A program made the translations under genes and the position numbers. Below the pieces are notes generated by a model. That model was not told the origin of the DNA, did no database searches, and saw only the letters and a list, made by a program, of their open reading frames with translations. 64,000 nt of DNA from a virus (lineage: Duplodnaviria > Caudoviricetes). The stretch is from positions 45,290-109,289 of the IMG/VR virus record IMGVR_UViG_3300032167_007466, one strand, 5' to 3'. Shown here in pieces: positions 38,474 to 46,467 of this stretch (position 1 is the stretch's first letter; every line of letters starts with the position of its first letter).

Positions 38474-38827
38474 ATGTCAAAGAAGATTAACCATTGGTGC
38501 ATTATCTGTGGTAAGGGCTATCACGCTTGTGATTCTTGTGATGAAATTCAGTCTTTTACACCTTGGAGAAAATTAGCTTGCAGTCCAGAGCATTATAAAC
38601 TTTATATTCTTCTTAAACAGTATAACGCTAGCGTTATTACTAAAGAAGATGCAAAGGTAATGCTTGCAAATATAGATTTGGCAGGAATGAAAGATTTTAA
38701 GGAGAGTGCTAAAAAAGTGCTTGATGAAATTTTAAAAGAAGATGTTCCTGCACGTAAGTCATCTAAGAAAAAGGCTGTTGAAATAGTCGTTGAAAAATCT
38801 GCTACAGAAAGTGACGCTGAAGAATAA
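38474..38827 (+). CDS. Zinc-finger hypothetical protein
   Basis: CIICG..CDSC..CSPEH; GGAGG RBS. Confidence 0.7.
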   Translation: MSKKINHWCIICGKGYHACDSCDEIQSFTPWRKLACSPEHYKLYILLKQYNASVITKEDAKVMLANIDLAGMKDFKESAKKVLDEILKEDVPARKSSKKKAVEIVVEKSATESDAEE

Positions 38828-38931
38828 AATTATGAATAGTATTATTTTAAAAACTCTTTTATAGGGGAGATGCTATTCATTTCATAGTTTCTCCCCTATT
38901 TTTTACTTTTTATCGGAAGGATGTTTTAAAC

Positions 38932-39159
38932 ATAAAAACGACAAGCGAATTAACAGGAAAAGAATATGAAATGGAAGATGTCATTTGGTATGGGAACGCG
39001 TTACAGGCAGCTCAGTATTGGTTGTGGGGTTGTAAGCCCGTAGACCAGACAGTTATTCCCGACACCAAAAGATGGGCGTTTGCATTCACAAAAGATGACC
39101 ATAAAAAGTATATAGGTCGTTGGAATGAACAAAAACAGAATAAAAATACGGAGGACTAA
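38932..39159 (+). CDS. Small hypothetical protein
   Basis: AAGGA RBS then in-frame ATA 38932 (the track starts at ATG 38971). Confidence 0.55.
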   Translation: MKTTSELTGKEYEMEDVIWYGNALQAAQYWLWGCKPVDQTVIPDTKRWAFAFTKDDHKKYIGRWNEQKQNKNTED

Positions 39160-39161
39160 CT

Positions 39162-39467
39162 ATGAACAAAATAAATTTAAAGGGTATTACCTCTGAAACC
39201 GTTACAGGTATATTAATACTGCTTGTTGCTCTTATAAATGCAGTATTACAGATGTTTGGCATTAATACTTTGCCAATAGAAAACGAAGAAATATCAGTAA
39301 TCGTGTCTGGTATTTTTCTTGTAGTTGCGTCATTGTATAATACATATAAAAACAGAAATGTAACAACAGGTGCTCAGGAAGCACAACAGATTTTAGATGC
39401 TTTGAAGAATGGCACTTTGATTGTCGAAGATGTTCAGGCACTCGTCTCCAAGATTAAGAGACAGTAA
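39162..39467 (+). CDS. Holin (SPP1-like)
   Basis: Two TM helices, ALINAVL.MFG..LPI, YKNRNVT; precedes the amidase. Confidence 0.85.
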   Translation: MNKINLKGITSETVTGILILLVALINAVLQMFGINTLPIENEEISVIVSGIFLVVASLYNTYKNRNVTTGAQEAQQILDALKNGTLIVEDVQALVSKIKRQ

Positions 39468-39481
39468 GGAGATGAGTGTGT

Positions 39482-40888
39482 ATGAAAAAAATATTTATTG
39501 ACCCCGGACATAATTATTCGGGTTTTGACACAGGTGCTTCTGGTAATGGTTTGAGAGAACAAGATATAACATTTCAAATCTCTGAAAAACTTTCAAAACT
39601 TTTAAAAAACATTGGTTTTGAAGTTAAAATGTCAAGAAACAAAATAACTGATAATGTTGGAACAAGTGTCTCTTCAAGTCTAAGTCAAAGAGCTTCTTTG
39701 GCTAACAATTTTAAAGCTGATTATTTTATCTCGCTACATACAGACAGTTCAGCATCCAAGTCAGCACAAGGTTCTCATATTTGTATATATAAAAAAGGAA
39801 CGAATGCTGAAAAATTAGCAAACAAAATAAATACACAGCTACTAAAACTTGGGTTAACTGGGCGTAGTAATTTAATATCGGAAAGACCAGAATTGAGCGT
39901 GTTAAAAGCAACATCAATGCCTGCAATTTTAATAGAAATGGGTTTTATTTCTAACACACGAGATTCAGGTATACAAAAGAATAATCAAGATGGTTTAGCT
40001 AATGCAATTTTTATGGGTATTTGTGATCATTTAGGAATTGAACATACAAAGAAAGAGGAAGTTAGTGCATCTCCTTCGGCACAAACTACTATAAAAATTA
40101 ATGACAAAAAAGTAGATATACCATTTACTAATATAGATGGATCTGTTTATGTTCCCATACGGAAGTTTTGTGACTTACTTGGTTATGGTGTCGATTGGAA
40201 GGATGATACAAAAGAGATAAATATAACTACCAATAAGAGCACTACTGAAAAGAATAAAGAAATTACCCCTTCTGTTGTTCCTACAAAATATAGTGTCATT
40301 GGCACCACTCATGTTGTTGAAATAGACCCTAGAAATATTTTTCATGTAGAAACTCAGAGGGCTACAAATAAAACACCATATGATAACTTTGTAAACAGTT
40401 TATTCTTTATGCCACAAGGAAACGGCAAAGTGTTTCCCCAAGGTATGGCTGTTAATGCAGGTAAAGTTTTATCTAATTATGCAACCCATGGTAAGCCTGT
40501 TGCTACTCTCGTATGTTATGGTTGGAATAATGTACAATTAAAATATATTACCGACATCACAAAAGAAAAAGGTGTATGGTTTGCGGTCAGTGGTTATGGT
40601 GTTTATCCTAAAATTACGGCTGAAGAAGAAGGTTTTGTTGGGAAATTTTCAGACGTTATAAGGACAACCAATAGACCGATTATCGGATATAGAAAGTCTG
40701 ATAATAGAATTGTTATTGCTGTGCGTTCAGGTAGCAATGCAACTAGAGCAAGCGAAACAGCAAAAAATCTTGGTCTTGATTTTGCTATATCTCTTGATGG
40801 TGGTGGTTCTACTACCTTAAAGGTAAATGGTGAATATAAGTTTAAAGGCGACGGTAGACAGCTTTGGGGCGGTATTATTTGGAGTTAA
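39482..40888 (+). CDS. Endolysin: Amidase_3 + copper-amine-oxidase-N-like + phosphodiester-glycosidase (NAGPA)-like domains
   Basis: IDPGH, E, ISLH, ILIEMGF; YVPIR..LGY.VDW; RP.IG and LDGGGST. Confidence 0.85.
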   Translation: MKKIFIDPGHNYSGFDTGASGNGLREQDITFQISEKLSKLLKNIGFEVKMSRNKITDNVGTSVSSSLSQRASLANNFKADYFISLHTDSSASKSAQGSHICIYKKGTNAEKLANKINTQLLKLGLTGRSNLISERPELSVLKATSMPAILIEMGFISNTRDSGIQKNNQDGLANAIFMGICDHLGIEHTKKEEVSASPSAQTTIKINDKKVDIPFTNIDGSVYVPIRKFCDLLGYGVDWKDDTKEINITTNKSTTEKNKEITPSVVPTKYSVIGTTHVVEIDPRNIFHVETQRATNKTPYDNFVNSLFFMPQGNGKVFPQGMAVNAGKVLSNYATHGKPVATLVCYGWNNVQLKYITDITKEKGVWFAVSGYGVYPKITAEEEGFVGKFSDVIRTTNRPIIGYRKSDNRIVIAVRSGSNATRASETAKNLGLDFAISLDGGGSTTLKVNGEYKFKGDGRQLWGGIIWS

Positions 40889-40912
40889 TAGTGAAGGGAT
40901 GGTAGTATATGA

Positions 40913-41431
40913 ATGGAACCAATAAGAGAATTACTTAAACTTGATTTTACCGCCGTCATTCTTACAGTGTTTATTATAATGTCTGGGATAATTGCAATGT
41001 ATAGTATAATTGGCAAGTTTTCTGAGATAATCGGAAAGCCTGTTAAGTGGGTTAAACAGAGACAATTAGACCACGATTTATTAGAAAAGAATAAAAAAGA
41101 CATAAAAGACCTAAAAGATAAACACGAAGCCGATACAAAGAAATACGAAACAAGCCACCAAGAATTAATTGATGATATCAAGGGTTTAAAAGACCTTTTG
41201 CTTGATAAACAAATTTCTGACTATCGATGGGAAATAATTAATACGGCTGATAAAATTTCAAACGGAAGAATTGTTAGCAAAGAATGTCTTAAGCATGCAA
41301 TTACGACATATGACAAGTACGAGAAAATTATTGAAAAATACAATATAAAGAACGGTGAGGTCTCAATTAGTATTAAAGTAATTAAAGGCGAATATGCAAA
41401 AATATTAGCCGATGAGAAACAAGTCAATTGA
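40913..41431 (+). CDS. Membrane-anchored coiled-coil protein (lysis-associated)
   Basis: N-terminal TM helix; YEK..NG C-terminus. Confidence 0.65.
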   Translation: MEPIRELLKLDFTAVILTVFIIMSGIIAMYSIIGKFSEIIGKPVKWVKQRQLDHDLLEKNKKDIKDLKDKHEADTKKYETSHQELIDDIKGLKDLLLDKQISDYRWEIINTADKISNGRIVSKECLKHAITTYDKYEKIIEKYNIKNGEVSISIKVIKGEYAKILADEKQVN

Positions 41432-41506
41432 ATATAGGATTTAAGGAGAGGGTGTTAATTTAGGTTAGCATCCTCTTCTTCTATTATTATAAAGGATGTG
41501 AATGAT

Positions 41507-41650
41507 ATAGCAAAGAACGAAGGTAAAAAATTTGAAGATGCTTTTATTAAGTCAGTGCCGGACTATGTATTGGTCAAAAGATTGAATGACAATGCAAGCT
41601 CATGGTCGGGTGGTACAATGACAAGATTCGCATCCAAGAATGGAGAATAA
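41507..41650 (+). pseudogene. N-terminal fragment of a RecU-like resolvase
   Basis: IAKNEGKKFEDAFIKSVPDYVLVKRLND...RFASKN; truncated at the GAGAATAATATA motif. Confidence 0.6.
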
Positions 41651-42101
41651 TATAGTGAGTAGATCAAAATTTAATGTAGATAAAGATACTGAAAAACGTA
41701 CATATAACGGGATTGTTTTTGACTCTATCTTAGAGATGAAATATTATCGAGATGTACTTTGTCCATTAGTGAAGAGTGGCGATGTGGTAAAATACGAATT
41801 ACAAAAGCCATATGAGTTACAACCAAAGTTTATACACGATAATAAGTCCGTACAACCCATTAAATACGTGGCAGATTTTTTTATTGTTTACAAAGATGGT
41901 CATGAAGAAGTAATTGACACAAAGGGTTGCCCAGATAGTGTAGCAATTATAAAAAGAAAATTGTTTTGGTATCACTACCCAAATGTTAATTATAAGTGGG
42001 TTTGCTTTTCAAAAATTGATGGGGGCTGGTGTGATTATGAATACGTCAAAAAAAAGAGAGCAGAGAGAAAAAGAAATAAAAACAAAATGGAAATTTCATG
42101 A
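41640..42101 (+). CDS. DUF1064-like PD-(D/E)xK nuclease
   Basis: SKF..YNGIVFDS..E..Y, LQ..YELQP, YVADF, IDTKG; start may be GTG 41655. Confidence 0.8.
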   Translation: MENNIVSRSKFNVDKDTEKRTYNGIVFDSILEMKYYRDVLCPLVKSGDVVKYELQKPYELQPKFIHDNKSVQPIKYVADFFIVYKDGHEEVIDTKGCPDSVAIIKRKLFWYHYPNVNYKWVCFSKIDGGWCDYEYVKKKRAERKRNKNKMEIS

Positions 42102-43233
42102 TGGAGAAAATATTAAAGACGACAAAAGAAATTTAACGATTTTAGCTAAAGAAACAAAAGATTATTTGTACGGCAATTATATTTACAAACAAAAATGGTA
42201 TAAGTTGCTGTGCAATAAATGTGGGTACGATTCAATTTACATTGATGAGTCCCATTTATCTCAAGGTAGAGGATGTCCCGTATGTAGCGGAAGAAAAGTT
42301 GCAGTTGGAATTAACGATATAAACACGACGGCAAATTGGATGCTACAATACATAAAAAACAAAGAAGATGGGAGTTTGTACACAAAAACTTCAAATTCAT
42401 ATATCGATTTTAAATGTCCTGATTGTGGAGATATTTCTTCGCAAAAAATTTCAAATGTCTATAATTTTGGATTTCGATGTAAAAACTGTCGAGATGGAAT
42501 ATCATACCCAAATAAATTTTCATATGAGTTTTTAAGGCAGTTACCTGTACAAAATGTTTGTCATGAATATATTCCTGATTGGGGAAATGGCAAAAGATAT
42601 GACAATTACTTTGAGTATGATGGTGAAAAATATATACTAGAAATGGATGGTGGCTTTCATTATCAGTACAATACTTTAAACAAAAAGACGGCAGACGAAG
42701 AACAAAAAAATGATTACATAAAAGATTTGTTAGCTAAAAATCATAGCATTACTGTTATTAGAATTAAAAGTGTTAAGAACGAATTGAATTATATGAAAGA
42801 ACAGTTTGAATCTAATGATATACTTAACTCTATGTTTGATTTAAGCAATATTGATTTTAAAAAATGCCATGAGTTTGCTATGTCTAATCTTTCAAAAGAA
42901 GTTTGTGATTATTATAACCATTGTCAAAGTGTTAATGGATGCATTGAAAAATTTGGACTAGCAAGAATAACTATTTTAACTTATTTAAAAAATGGTTATG
43001 TTTTGGGATGGGGTGACTATACCCCACAAAAATCATACAAACAACGCTCTTTAAATAGGAAATCAAAGTCTATTTCAATTATAAAAGATGGCGAAGAAAT
43101 TATATATGATTCTACTAAACAACTATGTTTTGATATAAAACATAAATTTGGGATAGATTTGAAAGTACAAGGGGTAAGAAATGCTGCGAGAGAAAATATA
43201 AAATATAAAAAATGTATATTTAGATATGTTTAA
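42037..43233 (+). CDS. Zinc-ribbon-repeat endonuclease (very-short-patch-repair/DUF559-like), homing-endonuclease-like
   Basis: CNKCG, CPVC, CPDCG, CKNC; RYD.Y..ILEMDG..H; D.IKD.LA....VIRI. Confidence 0.7.
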   Translation: MNTSKKREQREKEIKTKWKFHDGENIKDDKRNLTILAKETKDYLYGNYIYKQKWYKLLCNKCGYDSIYIDESHLSQGRGCPVCSGRKVAVGINDINTTANWMLQYIKNKEDGSLYTKTSNSYIDFKCPDCGDISSQKISNVYNFGFRCKNCRDGISYPNKFSYEFLRQLPVQNVCHEYIPDWGNGKRYDNYFEYDGEKYILEMDGGFHYQYNTLNKKTADEEQKNDYIKDLLAKNHSITVIRIKSVKNELNYMKEQFESNDILNSMFDLSNIDFKKCHEFAMSNLSKEVCDYYNHCQSVNGCIEKFGLARITILTYLKNGYVLGWGDYTPQKSYKQRSLNRKSKSISIIKDGEEIIYDSTKQLCFDIKHKFGIDLKVQGVRNAARENIKYKKCIFRYV

Positions 43234-43350
43234 TCAATCAGCAAGAGTGATGTTTTGAAAATGAACCCTATTGAAATTGATAGCGAGTTGTTAAGAACAA
43301 ACTATCGCTATGATATAGAAAAATTTTTAAAAGAAACGAGGTTATCTTGA
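43234..43350 (+). pseudogene. C-terminal fragment of a RecU-like resolvase
   Basis: SISKSDVLKMNPIEIDSELLRTNYRYDIEKFLKETRLS; begins right after the nuclease stop codon. Confidence 0.5.
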
Positions 43351-43351
43351 A

Positions 43352-43540
43352 TTGTTTTATCCTTTTTTCTGCCCAAAATGTGGGCACACTGAGACGATAT
43401 CCATGAGAATTACAGAATACGTCGCAACGGGTCATGAGTGCCCTACCTGTAATACAGAAATGAAACGAGACCCGAAATCGCTTTGCTGTGGAATGACTGT
43501 AGACAAAACAGGAACGTTCTTTAAGAAAGTTACATTTTAG
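43352..43540 (+). CDS. FmdB-like zinc ribbon protein
   Basis: YPFFCPKCG...CPTC. Confidence 0.7.
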   Translation: MFYPFFCPKCGHTETISMRITEYVATGHECPTCNTEMKRDPKSLCCGMTVDKTGTFFKKVTF

Positions 43541-43580
43541 GGTTAATAGAAAAATAAAAATTGAAAGAGAGGTGTATCAA

Positions 43581-44138
43581 ATGGTTTTAAAAATGTCAAA
43601 AGATAAGACCTTGGTGATTACAAAGTCAAGTACTACATATAAAAATGAACACAACGCTGAGACAATCAAAATCATTATGCCGAAACAAATTGACGGTAAA
43701 GATTTAAAGCAGTGTTCAATTTGGTTAAGTTTTATGAACGAAGAGAAACTCGGCAGAGCTATTGATGTGACACAGTTTTTAACAGACTACTCCCCTATCT
43801 ACTACTATATCGAGATACCGCTGGACAACATTTTCACTTATGTTGCTGGTAAAGTTCAAATATGGTTGAAGATATTGGATAGTCAAACCGAAATGGTTGA
43901 TTTCACCAATTATGTTACTCACTATATTCACAAGCATCCCGATGAAGAACTTGAGGGCGAAGTGACTGAGCAGGAACGTTCTGTATTGGAAAATCTGGCA
44001 TTAAAACTTGATGCGACCTCTATTCAGTTAGGTGAAGTAACCGCTAAAGTTGAGGATATTGATGAATATGTAAGCGAATTACAAGAGGGTGAAGTTATGT
44101 TGGTTCAGCCTATGCTTACTGCAAAAATACAGGAATAG
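43581..44138 (+). CDS. BppU-N-like tail/baseplate protein
   Basis: Beta-rich N-terminus (..FTYVAGKVQI), coiled-coil C-terminus. Confidence 0.5.
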   Translation: MVLKMSKDKTLVITKSSTTYKNEHNAETIKIIMPKQIDGKDLKQCSIWLSFMNEEKLGRAIDVTQFLTDYSPIYYYIEIPLDNIFTYVAGKVQIWLKILDSQTEMVDFTNYVTHYIHKHPDEELEGEVTEQERSVLENLALKLDATSIQLGEVTAKVEDIDEYVSELQEGEVMLVQPMLTAKIQE

Positions 44139-44195
44139 GTGTTGAAATGCCAGTTTCATGGTGATTTATTTTATTATTCTCTCTTATGTAAAACG

Positions 44196-44207
44196 GAGAA
44201 TAATATA
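44196..44207 (+). promoter_or_regulatory. GAGAATAATATA motif
   Basis: Exact copy; back-to-back minus-strand variant at 44171-44181. Confidence 0.55.
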
Positions 44208-44263
44208 GTAGAATCTTTTAATGGGTTCAAAATTAACTAAAAGATTTAAAGGAGATTTGATTT

Positions 44264-44533
44264 ATGGTCATTAGAAGAATTATTAATCATTTTACTTACA
44301 AAAAGAAACTTAAGCTACTAAAAGTTTATGCTGTTAACCAGTTATCCAGTATTGTTATCAACAATATGGATTACGTAGAAGGATTTAAGAGGCTTTTGCT
44401 TACAGCATCTAAATCTGATAATGCAGAAGAATTACAGAATATGTTGAATGAGTTTATTGACCTGTCTAACAAGGTAAAAATTGCAAACAAGGTTATAAAT
44501 GAAAAACGAGCAGAAGAATCAAAGGCTGAATAA
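44264..44533 (+). CDS. Hypothetical protein
   Basis: AAGGAG RBS. Confidence 0.65.
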   Translation: MVIRRIINHFTYKKKLKLLKVYAVNQLSSIVINNMDYVEGFKRLLLTASKSDNAEELQNMLNEFIDLSNKVKIANKVINEKRAEESKAE

Positions 44534-44535
44534 TT

Positions 44536-45060
44536 ATGGCAAAACAAATACATAATTTTGGAGAACTTGCGGGAGCTTTAAACCCACAACTCATAGCGAT
44601 TTTTGAAAAGGTTGCAGATGATGTAAAAAAAGAAATAGACAAAGCTCTTGCAAAATACTACTCGGAATATGACCCAAGCGTAAGACAAATCGTTGGCAGA
44701 TACTGGTATGACAGAACAGACCAACTGAGGAATTGTTGTAAGATAGGACAAGCAAAAGTGTCGGGTAATTCGGTATCAATTGAAATTTATTTAGATATTG
44801 ATTCATTGAACTATGAAAGTCCGGGTGCTGATGCATACAAAACTGTTGTTGCAGCCAATGCGGGATTACACGGTGGTTGGGATGTTTCGAGTTTTGTAAA
44901 GGGACAAACCACTTGGGATTCTATCACCGATAACGATGGAAGTCGATGGGGTTCTGGCACACAAATTTGGGAAGAGCCTATGAATGAATTGTTTGGTGGT
45001 GGAAAACTCGTATCTTTATTCAAAAAACACGCAAAGGCTCATGGATTAAATTTAAAATAA
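44536..45060 (+). CDS. Putative tail completion protein
   Basis: YY..Y.P..Y.RT pattern; upstream of the tape measure gene. Confidence 0.55.
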   Translation: MAKQIHNFGELAGALNPQLIAIFEKVADDVKKEIDKALAKYYSEYDPSVRQIVGRYWYDRTDQLRNCCKIGQAKVSGNSVSIEIYLDIDSLNYESPGADAYKTVVAANAGLHGGWDVSSFVKGQTTWDSITDNDGSRWGSGTQIWEEPMNELFGGGKLVSLFKKHAKAHGLNLK

Positions 45061-45077
45061 AGGAAGGATTGGTTTAA

Positions 45078-45248
45078 ATAAAACAATCAAAACTATTCCC
45101 TTGCTACTCCGTTCCAATGCGTGATTATTTCGCATCGAAAGGTATTAAATATGAGTTAGTGGGGTTACATCCAAAATCAAAAGATATGTTTTGGGTGTAT
45201 ATAAAAACAACCAAATTAGAAAAAGCAATGCAGGAGTGGTCTAAATAG
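45078..45248 (+). CDS. 56-aa DUF5659-like protein (not in ORF track)
   Basis: AAGGA RBS; ATA start preceded by an in-frame TAA; LFPCYS..G.KY...G.HP...FWVY. Confidence 0.65.
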   Translation: MKQSKLFPCYSVPMRDYFASKGIKYELVGLHPKSKDMFWVYIKTTKLEKAMQEWSK

Positions 45249-45293
45249 CCACTCTATTTTTATGTTGATTTTTAAAATGAAAGTGAGGAATTT

Positions 45294-46388
45294 ATGGACG
45301 GTTTAGAAAAGTATATTTCGTGGGATGTTGATGAAGATAGTGGGTTTAGACGGCTTGTGCTTAATGAATTTGAGTCACCCATAACAGAAATGGAAAAGTT
45401 CAAAGAATATACAGGAGACAAGAAGGTTTGCCCAATATGTAAGCGCAATCTCCCTAAAAACACATATTTTTTCGCATCTGGAGGTAGCAAACGATACGGT
45501 GGACTTCATTCCTATTGTAAGGAGTGTGAAGGAACAAGGTTTGGTTGGGGCAGAAAGAAGAATGCTGAATTATATGCAGAAAACAAAAAATACTGTAGAA
45601 CTTGCGACAGAATATTACCCTTAAACGAATTATATTTCCAAAAAAGTGATGGTAGATGCAATACAAAAACAGGATTTTCAAGCAATTGCAAGGAGTGTCA
45701 AAATCACACATTTGGAACAAGAAGTATTAATGCGTTTAAAGATGATTTTGGTATTCGTGACGGATATAAAGTGTGTCATAATTGTATGTTGGAAATGCCA
45801 GACACCGATGATTATTTTTATCATAAGTCAGAAAGAGAATATGGACAAACTGTTTGCAAGTCATGTATCGCAAAAAAGGCAGGACGAGAACTTACTAACT
45901 CCAGACATTTAAACAAAAGTAAAGTTTATATGTTGAAGGAAGGCGAAAAATTTTGTACATCTTGTGGAGAAATATTTAGAGAAGAAGATATTTTAAGAAA
46001 TGGTGGTGTTTGTTTGTGTGACAAGTGTTATCGTGACAGAAACAAATATACATACGAAAAACGTCGTTCAAGAAAAATGAATTTAATATCCGATTTGACA
46101 CAAGAAGAATGGAATGACACTTTAAGATATTTTGAGCACAAATGTGCGTATTGTGGAATTGAAGAAAGTGAATGTTTTGGTAGACATCATAAATATTTAG
46201 CACAAGAACATATAGTCGCACTAACAAAAGGTGGTCATTTTACAAAAAATAATATTATACCGGTGTGTCCTGTTTGTAATTCTTCTAAAGGCAACAAATC
46301 GCTTGACGCCTTTTATAATAGATGTGATAGTTTCACAACAGAAATGTACAAAAAAGTTAAGGATTTTGTTAGTGCAAATTCCTGTTAA
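45294..46388 (+). CDS. Free-standing HNH endonuclease with repeated CxxC fingers
   Basis: CAYCG, QEHIV..GG, NIIPVC.VCNSSKG. Confidence 0.85.
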   Translation: MDGLEKYISWDVDEDSGFRRLVLNEFESPITEMEKFKEYTGDKKVCPICKRNLPKNTYFFASGGSKRYGGLHSYCKECEGTRFGWGRKKNAELYAENKKYCRTCDRILPLNELYFQKSDGRCNTKTGFSSNCKECQNHTFGTRSINAFKDDFGIRDGYKVCHNCMLEMPDTDDYFYHKSEREYGQTVCKSCIAKKAGRELTNSRHLNKSKVYMLKEGEKFCTSCGEIFREEDILRNGGVCLCDKCYRDRNKYTYEKRRSRKMNLISDLTQEEWNDTLRYFEHKCAYCGIEESECFGRHHKYLAQEHIVALTKGGHFTKNNIIPVCPVCNSSKGNKSLDAFYNRCDSFTTEMYKKVKDFVSANSC

Positions 46389-46467
46389 ATAAAACTGATT
46401 ACTACTCCCCTCTCTATGATTTAGGGGAGTCTTTTTTATACCTAAATAGAGAGGAGGATTATTATAT

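Noticed and set aside
43231-43350. Stop-codon read-through or alternative genetic code extending the endonuclease
   Set aside because: All three stops terminate genes normally elsewhere, there is no suppressor tRNA, and the tail is better explained as a RecU-like remnant.
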